DNA from: Solirubrobacteraceae bacterium
GTDB taxonomy: Bacteria; Actinomycetota; Thermoleophilia; Solirubrobacterales; Solirubrobacteraceae
Assembly (NCBI GenBank): GCA_036489875.1
Contig: DASXEZ010000160.1
Span: forward strand, 17,106 to 81,105
DNA: 64,000 nt
Direction of reading: 5' to 3'
A program made the translations under genes and the position numbers. Below, piece after piece: positions 9,428-18,153 of this stretch. Under the pieces are notes generated by a model, which was given only the letters and a program-made list of their open reading frames with translations, was not told the DNA's origin and did not search any database. Positions within the stretch are counted from its first letter, which is position 1. Each line of letters opens with the position of its first letter.

Positions 9428-10072
9428 CTAGGCGCTGAACCTGAAGGTGTGCTCGTGCGTCTTTGAGGGGCCGCTGACCGGCCTGAACGTGGCGCTCACG
9501 TGGATGTGCAGCGACTGGTTGTGCTTGCGATGGCGCGCGAGCAGCGCGATTCCGGACTTCGTGGGATGGATCCGCGCGTGGACCAGGCCTCGATGGTGGG
9601 CGACCGTCGAGTAGCTCGCGTATTTCACCTTGTGCAGGCGCCGCGCAGCTGCGAGCACACCCTTCAAGCCGCTCACAAAGGTCTCGGTCGTGGCCGTTAC
9701 GTGAAGGGTTCCTGGGCTGGGCAGGAATGCGGTGAGCGACAGGGTGCCATCGTGCGCGAGGATGACGGCCGGGAACTGGAAGTGTTGGCTGGGCTGTGGA
9801 GGCGCCGGGGGGTTCTCGGGCGCGCCCACGCCGGTCTGCGTTGTGGTCGTGGTTCCCGTCGAAGTGGCGGGCCCGGTCGTCCCGGTGGTCCCGGTCACAG
9901 GCCCGTTCGACAGAACCTTGCCGAGTGCCGCCTCGGCGAACGGCCCAGTCCACACGATCGCTGCGCCGACGGCGACTCCCGTTCCGACGAAGCGGCGACG
10001 CGTGATCCCCTCATCGTCGGGCGTTGGGGACTGCGGATGTTCGACGTCGCCAGTGACAACTCGAATATACAC
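9428..10072 (-). CDS. Tat-signal secreted hypothetical protein with Thr/Gly-rich linker
   Basis: Twin-arginine motif ITRRRFVGTGVAVGAAIV, then GPVTGTTGTTGPATSTGTTTTTQTG and a Pro-rich stretch, then a ~120-aa beta-rich-looking domain. Exact start uncertain. Confidence 0.6.
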   Translation of the reverse strand: MYIRVVTGDVEHPQSPTPDDEGITRRRFVGTGVAVGAAIVWTGPFAEAALGKVLSNGPVTGTTGTTGPATSTGTTTTTQTGVGAPENPPAPPQPSQHFQFPAVILAHDGTLSLTAFLPSPGTLHVTATTETFVSGLKGVLAAARRLHKVKYASYSTVAHHRGLVHARIHPTKSGIALLARHRKHNQSLHIHVSATFRPVSGPSKTHEHTFRFSA

Positions 10073-10116
10073 TCGGCGACGGAGGTCGGCTCACGCCGTC
10101 TTCGGGAATCTCGCCG

Positions 10117-10944
10117 GTGATTCGCCTCTACTCGTTCCATACTGCGCCGTCGGCGCTGCTCACCTACCAGCGCGAGATGTTCGCGAGGTTCATGGACGAG
10201 GACCATGAGCTCGTGGTCGTCAACGATGGCCGCGGCGCAACCGAGGCGGCAGTGATAGCGCAGGCCGCTACGACGCTTGGTCTGCGCTCGGCGCCGGTTC
10301 CGGCGCCCGAGCACAACAACCCGAGCGACGCGCTGGCCGCGGCGATGGAGTTCGTGGTCGCCCGGCTGCTCGGCGACGACGAGGAGATCTCCGTGCTCCT
10401 GCACGCGGATGTGCTGCCGGGCGCCCGCTTCTCGCTTCGAGAACTGCTCGGCGAGGGCGACATCGCTGCTGTGGCGGAGCGCAAATACTCGCCAGACGGC
10501 CAGCGCATGCTCAGCTATCCGTGGTCGGGGTTCATCTGCCTGCGCACCCCGACCCTGCCCGACCGCGCGACGATCGGCTTCGGGGCAGGTGTCATCGACG
10601 GGATCGCCTGCGACACCGGCGGTGCCTTTCGCCGCTATCGCCGCTCCCATCCTGAGCTTCGACTCGTCGAGCTGAGCTCGGCTGCGGATCTCGACGAGCG
10701 CGAGTCAGCCGACCGGCTGCCCGACCTCGGCATGCCCTACCCCCAGGGTCGGGGACCGCAGCGCTTTGCCGGCGTGCTGCTGCACTATCTGGGCGGAGCC
10801 GGCTGGAATCCCGACGACGCGCCGCACGAGCCGGCCAAGCGCAAATGGTTCACGGCGCTCTGCGACGGCCTCCTCACCGGAGAGGTGGCGCTGCCGTCCA
10901 GCCCTCAGCCTGCGACCGCCGCGTGGCCGGCCGACACGCCATGA
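10117..10944 (+). CDS. hypothetical protein, possibly GT-A-like (first gene of glycosyltransferase operon)
   Basis: GTG start, coding-like G/C third positions, HELVVVNDGRG and LLHADVLPG segments. ATGA overlap with the next gene. The domain call is weak. Confidence 0.55.
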   Translation: MIRLYSFHTAPSALLTYQREMFARFMDEDHELVVVNDGRGATEAAVIAQAATTLGLRSAPVPAPEHNNPSDALAAAMEFVVARLLGDDEEISVLLHADVLPGARFSLRELLGEGDIAAVAERKYSPDGQRMLSYPWSGFICLRTPTLPDRATIGFGAGVIDGIACDTGGAFRRYRRSHPELRLVELSSAADLDERESADRLPDLGMPYPQGRGPQRFAGVLLHYLGGAGWNPDDAPHEPAKRKWFTALCDGLLTGEVALPSSPQPATAAWPADTP

Positions 10945-13900
10945 AACGGATCATCAGCTTCAGCCTCTACAACGACCGCCGCAAGGATGTGGTGAACGCG
11001 GTCATCAACTGCCTGCTCGCCCCGGCTGTCTACCCGGGTTGGACGTGTCGCTTCTACCTCGATGACACGGTTCCTCAGGCGACGATCGCGGCGCTCGAGT
11101 CGTTCGACCAGGTGGAGCTGTGCTGGATGCCGCGCCACACGAGCTCGGCGGCGATGCTCTGGCGCTTCCTTGCCGCGGGTGATCCTGACGTGGATGCCGT
11201 GATCTTCCGGGACGCCGACTCCTGGCTCTCGGCTCGCGAGGTGGCGTGCGTGAACGCGTGGTTGTCTGCCGGACAGAACTTTCACCTCATACGAGACCAC
11301 TGCTACCACTCGCAGGCGATGATGGGCGGGATGTGGGGCGTCCGCGGTGGCGTGGTTCCCAACGTCGCCGCTTGGATCGAGGAGTACGAGGGCACTGGCG
11401 GGACCTACGACCAAGGCTTCCTCGCCGACTGGATCTATCCGCTCACGATCGGTAGGGCGACCGTCCATCGTGGCGAGCAGCGCGACAACACCGGCGCACC
11501 GACGGACTACATGCGCGACGGCGCGGTCGCGATTCCGGACTACGACGAGATCGATGAGGCCGCGGCGGGCATCTCGTGGCTTGAGGCGCACCGTCTCAAC
11601 GCGCACCGATGCTCGCACTGCGGAGAGGTCCACCCCAGCTACATCGGCCCGATCTTCGAGGAGATTCCGTCTTCGGCGCTCGAGCTTGTCGAGCGGCTGG
11701 GTGCCGAGCCCGACATCGGCTCCCGCACGCAGCGATCCGGTGCGCGCACGGTGGTGGCCGGAGACTTCGACGGGGGCTGTGGGTTTGATGTGCTGTGCCT
11801 CGGTGGCGAGGCACCGACACGCCGGCTCGCTCGCCGGCTCGCCGACACCGAGCATCGCGTTTTCCTGCTGGCTATCGAAAGCGACCCCTCCGCATCGGCG
11901 CTCGAGCTCTCCGAGGGCTGTTATGAGGTCCAGCTGCCGGTGGACGATCCGGCGGTCCCAGCGGCCCAGATCGCGGCTCTCACCGAACTGTGCGCCCAAG
12001 CCTCAATCGATCAGGCCTGCATGCTCTTCGACGCCGCCACCGTGGGGGCGTCGTCGGCGCTCGCGCTGGCCCGCCAACTCGGCTTCAAGCTCGTCCAGGT
12101 CGGAGCCGGAGAGGAGGCAGGCGCCGACCTCGAGCTTGCCGGCGGCGAGGAGGACGACGCTTGGCTGACCCTCCACGAGCGGTGGATCCCGTGGCACGCG
12201 AAGGTGGCGATCGTGATCGTCAGCTTCGACAACCGCGAGCAGCTCGCGGCGACGCTCGAGAGCCTATTCCGAAACACGCCCTACCCGAACTTCGAGGTGG
12301 TCGTCGTCGACAACGGCTCCGCCCCCGATCTGCTCGCCTACCTCGAGGGCTACATGACGGGCGAGTCGCGTCTGCGGGTGGTTCGCAACGATGCCAACCT
12401 CGGCTTCGCGCGGGCCTGCAACATCGGCATCGCCGCCTGCGCCGACGCCGAACGCGTGGTGCTCCTCAATGACGATGTGATCCTCACGCCGGGATGGCTG
12501 GCGGGCCTGTTGCGTCACCTCGGCGACGAGAGCGTCGGTCTCGTCGGCCCCGTCACCAACAACGCTCGCGGCGAGTCTCGGATCGAGGTGCTCTACACCG
12601 ACCTTCGTGATCTCGACGGCTTCGCGCTCGCGCAGGCGCGGGAGCATCGCGGGCAGACGCTCGAGGTCGGGATGCTTGCGATGTTCTGCGTTGCCTCCCG
12701 CGCCGAGGTCCTCGCCCGCGTCGGAGATCTCGACGAGCGCTTCACGATCGGTATGTACGAGGACGACGACTACGCGCTGCGTTTGCGTCGCGCCGGCTAT
12801 CGACTCCTTTGTGCCCGCGATGTCTACGTGCACCACTGGGGAGGGGTGTCCTTTCGGCGTCTCGATCCGGGCATCCACGACGAGGTGCACAGCACGCACC
12901 GGGCGGCCTTCGAGGAGAAATGGGGCGCGCCGCCGGAGGACCCCGCGCTTCTCGCTGACGCCGCCGCGGGAGTGCGAGAGGGCGGCATGGATCCGCGAAC
13001 GCCGTCGTTCGCGGCACATCTCGCGCGGCGTTTCGAAGCGCACGTCCCGATTGCGGGTCCCGGCGATAACCTCCGTTCGCTGCTCGCCTCGGCTCCCGCT
13101 GTCGTGCTGCAGGGCGGCGATCCGCAGCTGCTGCGGCGGCTGATCCGCGCGGCCGGTGGCAGCGACGCGTTCATCGGCGGCGCGCTAGCGGTCGCACTCG
13201 CGCAGCCGTTGGAGCGCCGCGCGCCACCGGATTTCCGCGTGCAGGCGTACGTGCCCGCCTTCAACGAGGCCGACATCCTCGCCGCCACGGTGGGTCACCT
13301 GCTGGCCCAGGGCGTCGAGGTGCACCTGCTTGAGAACCACTCGACCGATGGGACCTGGGAGCTCTGCCAGCGGCTCTGCGGTGACCCGCGTGTTGTGGCC
13401 GAGCGCTACGGGTCAGAGCGCCACTACGACTGGCGCACGATTCTGCGGCGCGTCGAGGATCTCGCCGCGGGCTCCGACGCTGACTGGCTGATGCTCCTGG
13501 ATGCCGACGAGTTGCGCGTTGCGCCATGGCCCGATCGGACGCTGCGCGACGCGCTGTGGGCGGTCGAGTGCGCCGGCTTCAACGCCGTCGATCACACAGT
13601 GTTGAACTTCCCGCCCACCGACGACGACTTCCAGCCCGGCATCGACCCGAGGGCCCACTTTCGCCATGTAGAGATGTGGGCGGGGCCGGGTTTCGCGCCA
13701 CAGATCAAGGCGTGGAAGTCCGGTCCTTGGCGAGCACAGCTCGCTCACAGCGGTGGGCACGAGGCGGAGTTCGCGCAGCGCCGCGTATTCCCGTTCAACT
13801 TCATCGATGAGCACTACCCGCTGCGCTCGCAGCGGCACGCCGAGCAGAAGGTATTCGCAGACCGCGTTCCGCGCTGGAACGAGGACGAGCGCCGAGATGG

Positions 13901-15041
13901 CTGGCACGCCCAGTACGACGGCCTCCGACCGGGTCATCGCTTCCTTCGCTCCGCACGCGAGCTCGAACGCTATGACCGGGCGCGCTACGTCCAGGACCAC
14001 CTCCTCGAGTGTCTTGCCCGGATCGGCGTCGGCGAGGAGAGCGCACCTCATGCGCGCCATGGGGGGCGGCGGGCCGCCGAGGTCAGCATCGTGTACGTGA
14101 CCCACCGGGGCGAGCCGCGTTTCGAATGGTTCGCGGACGCTCTCGGCGCGCAGCTGAACGGCGAGGACATAGAGGTGATCGTCGTGGACGGCCTCCACAG
14201 CGCCGAGCGCGGCGAGCGTTTCGTGCGGGCCGTCGATGGCCACTTCCCGCTGCGCCACGTGCCGGCCAAGCCGACGCCCTACAACGGTCCCCACCGTCGG
14301 ACGCGTCGTGAGTACTTCGCTCCGGCGAACGCCCGCAACAGCGGCATCGTGCACGCACAGCGACCGTACATCGTGTTCGTCGACGACCTGTCGCTGCCGG
14401 CGAGCGGCTGGTGGGAGGCGGCAGCGCAAGCCGCACGCGAGGGATATGTGGTCGCCGGCGCCTACCAGAAGCATCGCCAGATGGTCGTCCGGCGCGGCAT
14501 TCTCAACTCGAGCCGCCTCGACACCAGCGGCCTTGACTCCCGCTGGCAGCTCGGGAGCGAGGAGAGGCGAGTCGCTGTCGGCGGTGGCGCGCTGTTTGGC
14601 TGCAGCCTGGGCGCTCCGCGCGAGCTGCTCCTGCAGCTGAACGGATTCGACGAGCTGTGCGACGCGATCGCCGGCGAGGACGGCCAGCTCGGCTACCGCC
14701 TGGAGCACGCCGAGGTGCCGATCTATTATGACCGCCGCATGCTGACGATCGAGAGCGTCGAGGATCACACGCAGGAACCGGTGCTCGCGCGGCTCAATCA
14801 GGTGGCCCATCCCGCGGTGTATATGGCTCGCCTACGCGAGTTCGGCGTGCAGGAGCGCTGCCGGCCCGGAGGGTGGGACAACGAGCACATGATCTTCGAC
14901 CTCGTGCACGGCCAGCGGGCCACCGCAAGCATCGGCAATCACGCGGATCTGCGCGCGCTCGACCCCGGCGCGCTCGAGGCGACGACGGCAACCTTCCCGC
15001 GTCATCACTGGTTCGACCAGCAGCCGCTTGACGAGCTGTAG
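10941..15041 (+). CDS. 1366-aa four-module glycosyltransferase
   Basis: ATG 10941 (MKRIISFSLYNDRRKD...).
Module 1 is an uncharacterised GT-A-like module with FRDADSW.
Module 2 is classic GT2 (VAIVIVSFDNREQLAATLESL...VVVVDNGS...LLNDDVILTPGW...MYEDDDYALR).
Module 3 is GT2-like (YVPAFNEADIL...LENHSTDGT...LLDADE).
Module 4 (VSIVYVTHRGEPRF...VIVVDGLHSAERG...ARNSGI...FVDD) is paralogous to the next gene. Confidence 0.85.
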   Translation: MKRIISFSLYNDRRKDVVNAVINCLLAPAVYPGWTCRFYLDDTVPQATIAALESFDQVELCWMPRHTSSAAMLWRFLAAGDPDVDAVIFRDADSWLSAREVACVNAWLSAGQNFHLIRDHCYHSQAMMGGMWGVRGGVVPNVAAWIEEYEGTGGTYDQGFLADWIYPLTIGRATVHRGEQRDNTGAPTDYMRDGAVAIPDYDEIDEAAAGISWLEAHRLNAHRCSHCGEVHPSYIGPIFEEIPSSALELVERLGAEPDIGSRTQRSGARTVVAGDFDGGCGFDVLCLGGEAPTRRLARRLADTEHRVFLLAIESDPSASALELSEGCYEVQLPVDDPAVPAAQIAALTELCAQASIDQACMLFDAATVGASSALALARQLGFKLVQVGAGEEAGADLELAGGEEDDAWLTLHERWIPWHAKVAIVIVSFDNREQLAATLESLFRNTPYPNFEVVVVDNGSAPDLLAYLEGYMTGESRLRVVRNDANLGFARACNIGIAACADAERVVLLNDDVILTPGWLAGLLRHLGDESVGLVGPVTNNARGESRIEVLYTDLRDLDGFALAQAREHRGQTLEVGMLAMFCVASRAEVLARVGDLDERFTIGMYEDDDYALRLRRAGYRLLCARDVYVHHWGGVSFRRLDPGIHDEVHSTHRAAFEEKWGAPPEDPALLADAAAGVREGGMDPRTPSFAAHLARRFEAHVPIAGPGDNLRSLLASAPAVVLQGGDPQLLRRLIRAAGGSDAFIGGALAVALAQPLERRAPPDFRVQAYVPAFNEADILAATVGHLLAQGVEVHLLENHSTDGTWELCQRLCGDPRVVAERYGSERHYDWRTILRRVEDLAAGSDADWLMLLDADELRVAPWPDRTLRDALWAVECAGFNAVDHTVLNFPPTDDDFQPGIDPRAHFRHVEMWAGPGFAPQIKAWKSGPWRAQLAHSGGHEAEFAQRRVFPFNFIDEHYPLRSQRHAEQKVFADRVPRWNEDERRDGWHAQYDGLRPGHRFLRSARELERYDRARYVQDHLLECLARIGVGEESAPHARHGGRRAAEVSIVYVTHRGEPRFEWFADALGAQLNGEDIEVIVVDGLHSAERGERFVRAVDGHFPLRHVPAKPTPYNGPHRRTRREYFAPANARNSGIVHAQRPYIVFVDDLSLPASGWWEAAAQAAREGYVVAGAYQKHRQMVVRRGILNSSRLDTSGLDSRWQLGSEERRVAVGGGALFGCSLGAPRELLLQLNGFDELCDAIAGEDGQLGYRLEHAEVPIYYDRRMLTIESVEDHTQEPVLARLNQVAHPAVYMARLREFGVQERCRPGGWDNEHMIFDLVHGQRATASIGNHADLRALDPGALEATTATFPRHHWFDQQPLDEL

Positions 15042-15044
15042 CCG

Positions 15045-15986
15045 TTGACCCCCAGCGTGAGCATCGTATGCGCGACGCATCGCCCCGACCCTCGCTTCGA
15101 TCTCCTCGCCGAGAGTCTCGGCTCCCAGCTGGGCGATGATGGCGCCGAAGTCCAGGTCATCGTCGTCGATGGCCTGCACGACGCGGAACGCGGAGAGCTG
15201 CTTCTGGCGCAGACAGGTGACCGTTTCGCGCTCGAGCATGTGCCAGCAAAGCCGACTGCGTGGAACGGCGCCTATCGCGTGGCGGCCAACGACTACTACG
15301 CGCCTGCGAGCGCGCGCAACACCGCGATTGTGCACGCATCCGCTCCCTACGTCGCGTTTGTGGACGACTGGAGCACGCTGCAAGCCGACTGGTGGACACG
15401 CGTCCGCTCCGCCGCCGCGAACGGCCACGTGGTAGCAGGAGCCATTCACACCCGATGGGGGGACGGGGGCCGGCTCGAGCGCGACCGCCGCTGGACGCTC
15501 GGCGAGAGCGCGCATGCCGTTCCGGTGGGTGCCGGCAACCTGGCCGAGGCCAACTGCGCGGCGCCGAGGGACCTGCTCGTCTCGGTCAATGGCTTCGACG
15601 AGCTCTGCGATCCCGCCGGCAACGAGGGCTATCACCTCGGCACTCGTCTTTCGTGGGCCGGTGCGGAAGTGCTCTATGACCGCCGTATGCTCAGCGTGCG
15701 AAGCGCTGAGCGTCACCGCCACGACGTCGTGCGCCGCTTTGATCGAGTCACCGACCGCGTCCCCTACATGAACACGCTCCGCGGCTTCGGCGTCGCGCAG
15801 CGCTCTTTCGACGGACCCTTCGACAGCTCCCATCTCGTCTGGGATGTCCTGTTCGGTCGTCACGAGAAGGGCAGTCTTGGAAACCACTACGACCTCGCGA
15901 CGCTGTCAGTGGACGATCTCCCAGCCACAGCTGAGCGCCTCCCACTGACACACTGGCTGGACGGTCGATCGTTGGGGCGCCTATGA
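15045..15986 (+). CDS. glycosyltransferase-like protein, paralog of module 4 of the preceding gene
   Basis: VSIVCATHRPDPRF...VIVVDGLHDAERG...HVPAKPT.WNG...YYAPASARNTAIVHA..PYVAFVDD...NGFDELCD...YDRRML aligns by eye along its whole length with residues ~1040-1366 of the upstream protein. TTG 15045 or GTG 15057 start. Confidence 0.8.
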   Translation: MTPSVSIVCATHRPDPRFDLLAESLGSQLGDDGAEVQVIVVDGLHDAERGELLLAQTGDRFALEHVPAKPTAWNGAYRVAANDYYAPASARNTAIVHASAPYVAFVDDWSTLQADWWTRVRSAAANGHVVAGAIHTRWGDGGRLERDRRWTLGESAHAVPVGAGNLAEANCAAPRDLLVSVNGFDELCDPAGNEGYHLGTRLSWAGAEVLYDRRMLSVRSAERHRHDVVRRFDRVTDRVPYMNTLRGFGVAQRSFDGPFDSSHLVWDVLFGRHEKGSLGNHYDLATLSVDDLPATAERLPLTHWLDGRSLGRL

Positions 15987-17470
15987 GCGTGCATGCCATC
16001 GTCTTCTCGCGGGATCGAGCAGCCCAGCTCGACCTCCTCCTGACCTCGCTGACCACCAACGCGCCGGACTTGGCGGACTCGCTCACGGTGCTGTGGCGTG
16101 CAACCGACGAGCTCTACCGCCACGCCTACGACGTCTGCCGAGGCGAGCATCCCCAGGTCGAGTTCGTCGCGGAGTCGAGCTTCGCCGACGACGTGCGGAG
16201 CCTGCTGGCGCCGGCTGAGCAGATCGTCTTCTTCACCGACGACAGCGTTCTCTTCCGGCCGCTGGAGGGTCGTGAGCGTGCCCCGGGCGAGTGGCTGATC
16301 CACGATCCGGAGCTGCTGGCTTTCTCGCTGCGACTGGGGCGCAACTGCGAGGACTGCTATCCGCACTCGCGCCGCCAGCTCCAACCCGAATTCAGCGCGC
16401 ACGGTGACGCCCTGAGCTGGTCGTGGAGCGGCGCCGATGGGGACTTCGGATACCCCATGAGCCTCGACGGGCACGTCATGGACGCGGCTCTGCCGATGCA
16501 GTTGCTGGGCGCCCGGCAGCCGGCGAACCCGAACGAGCTCGAGGCCGCGATGGCCCAGGCCGTGGCCTCGGTACCGCTAGCGCGGCGTGTCGCGTCCTAC
16601 CGGGAGAGCCACCTGGTCTGCATCCCCGCCAACCGCGTCAACGAGACGCACCCCAACCGCTTCGACAGCGCCAGCGGCGCCGACCCCCATTCGCTCAACG
16701 TTCGCTACCTGAGCGGTGAGCGGCTCGACCTCGGCGGGATCGATTTCACGGCTGTCGACGCCGCCCACGCTGAGCTGCGTCTCGCCTGGCGAGGGGCGCC
16801 ACGAAGCGGCTCGCGCGAGAGCGTGTGCCTGATCGCGGTCGTGAGCGGCTCGAGCTACGAGGAGTACGCGGAGCGGATGTTCGAGTCTGCGCGGCGCATG
16901 TTCCATCCAGCCGACGACGTCGAGTTCCTCACGTTGCCGGGAGCCCCCGGTTGGCCGGAGGCGACGCTCTATCGCCATCACGTGCTCGCCCACCATCTCC
17001 CACAGCTGCGCCACGACTACGTCTTCATGGTAGACGCCGACATGCTCGTCGAGTCGCCCATCGGCCCGGAGATCCTCGCGCCGCTCGTGGCCACGCGTCA
17101 CCCGGGCTTCGTAACCACGGCACGCTCGGAGCTGCCCTACGAACGACGCCCCGAGTCGGCGGCGCAGGTGCGCGAGGACGAAGGCGGGGTCTACTACGCC
17201 GGCGGCTTCCTTGGCGGCGAGCGTGGGCGGCTGCTCGAGCTCTCACAGCGTATTGCCGCCAGCGTGGATCGCGACGAATCCCGCGGAGTCCTCGCCCGCT
17301 GGCACGACGAATCCCATCTCAACCGCAGTTTGATCGACACGCCGCCGTTCCTGACCCTCTCGCCCGCGTACTGCTATCCGGATGACGATTCGCGCTACCG
17401 CCGGATCTGGCGACAACGCTATCGGCGCGCGTTGGTGGCGCTCGACAAGCCCAACGGCGAGCGCGTGTGA
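15983..17470 (+). CDS. two-module glycosyltransferase: N-terminal GT-A-like module (TDD motif) + C-terminal GT6-family (ABO/alpha-1,3-Gal(NAc)T-like) module
   Basis: C-terminal half reads FMVDADM...TRHPGF...PYERRPESAA...EGGVYYAGGFLGG...ARWHDESHLNRSL...TLSPAYCYP, matching the hallmark GT6 motifs (DXD, YERR.ESAA, FYY.GG.FGG, WHDESHLN, LSPEY). N-terminal half reads IVFSRDRAAQLDLLL...IVFFTDDSVLF. ATGA overlap upstream. Confidence 0.9.
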   Translation: MSVHAIVFSRDRAAQLDLLLTSLTTNAPDLADSLTVLWRATDELYRHAYDVCRGEHPQVEFVAESSFADDVRSLLAPAEQIVFFTDDSVLFRPLEGRERAPGEWLIHDPELLAFSLRLGRNCEDCYPHSRRQLQPEFSAHGDALSWSWSGADGDFGYPMSLDGHVMDAALPMQLLGARQPANPNELEAAMAQAVASVPLARRVASYRESHLVCIPANRVNETHPNRFDSASGADPHSLNVRYLSGERLDLGGIDFTAVDAAHAELRLAWRGAPRSGSRESVCLIAVVSGSSYEEYAERMFESARRMFHPADDVEFLTLPGAPGWPEATLYRHHVLAHHLPQLRHDYVFMVDADMLVESPIGPEILAPLVATRHPGFVTTARSELPYERRPESAAQVREDEGGVYYAGGFLGGERGRLLELSQRIAASVDRDESRGVLARWHDESHLNRSLIDTPPFLTLSPAYCYPDDDSRYRRIWRQRYRRALVALDKPNGERV

Positions 17471-18153
17471 GCGACACGGTCACGGTCTGCGTGCCCTGCT
17501 ACGGCACCCCCGAGTTTCTTTCGCAGACGCTCGCGAGCGTCGCAGCGCAGACCGTCCCGGTGCTCGAGACGATCGTCGTAGATGACGGGTCGGAGCCCGC
17601 AGCCGCTGCGGCGATCCGCGCCATCAGCGAGCGCTTCGGTGCGCGCTACCTACGCGTGACGCACCGCGGCCTGCCGAATGCCAGAAATGCGGCGTTGATG
17701 CTCGCGCGCGGGTCCGGCTTCCTGCCGCTGGACTCCGATGATTGGATCGAGCCCGCCTACGTTGAGCGCACGCTGCCGCGGCTCCGCGACGCCGACGTGG
17801 TCTGCGTCGGTCTGCAGGAGCACGGCCTGCACAGCGGACGCTTCCTGCCGGGCTACGACCGGCCACTGGAAGAGGTCACCCTCGATCACCTCTGGCAGAT
17901 GAACCGCTTCTTCTACTGCTCGCTGCTGCGCACTCAGCTCCTGCGCGAGGTCGGGGGGTACAACGGACGTATGGTCACGGGCTACGAGGACTGGGACCTG
18001 ACGATCGACCTCCTCTCGCGGGGGGCGCGCTTCGTCGCGGTCAACGAAATCCTGTTCAACTACCGTACGCGCGCCGACGGCTTGCTGGCTCGGGCGGAGC
18101 GCGACCATAGGGAGGCCAACATCGCGCTGATGCGGGAGCACCACCGCCAATGA
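17467..18153 (+). CDS. GT2-family glycosyltransferase
   Basis: VTVCVPCYGTPEFLSQTLASVAAQT...IVVDDGS...GLPNARNAAL...LPLDSDDW are typical GT2 motifs. GTGA overlap upstream, ATGA downstream. Confidence 0.9.
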   Translation: MSDTVTVCVPCYGTPEFLSQTLASVAAQTVPVLETIVVDDGSEPAAAAAIRAISERFGARYLRVTHRGLPNARNAALMLARGSGFLPLDSDDWIEPAYVERTLPRLRDADVVCVGLQEHGLHSGRFLPGYDRPLEEVTLDHLWQMNRFFYCSLLRTQLLREVGGYNGRMVTGYEDWDLTIDLLSRGARFVAVNEILFNYRTRADGLLARAERDHREANIALMREHHRQ

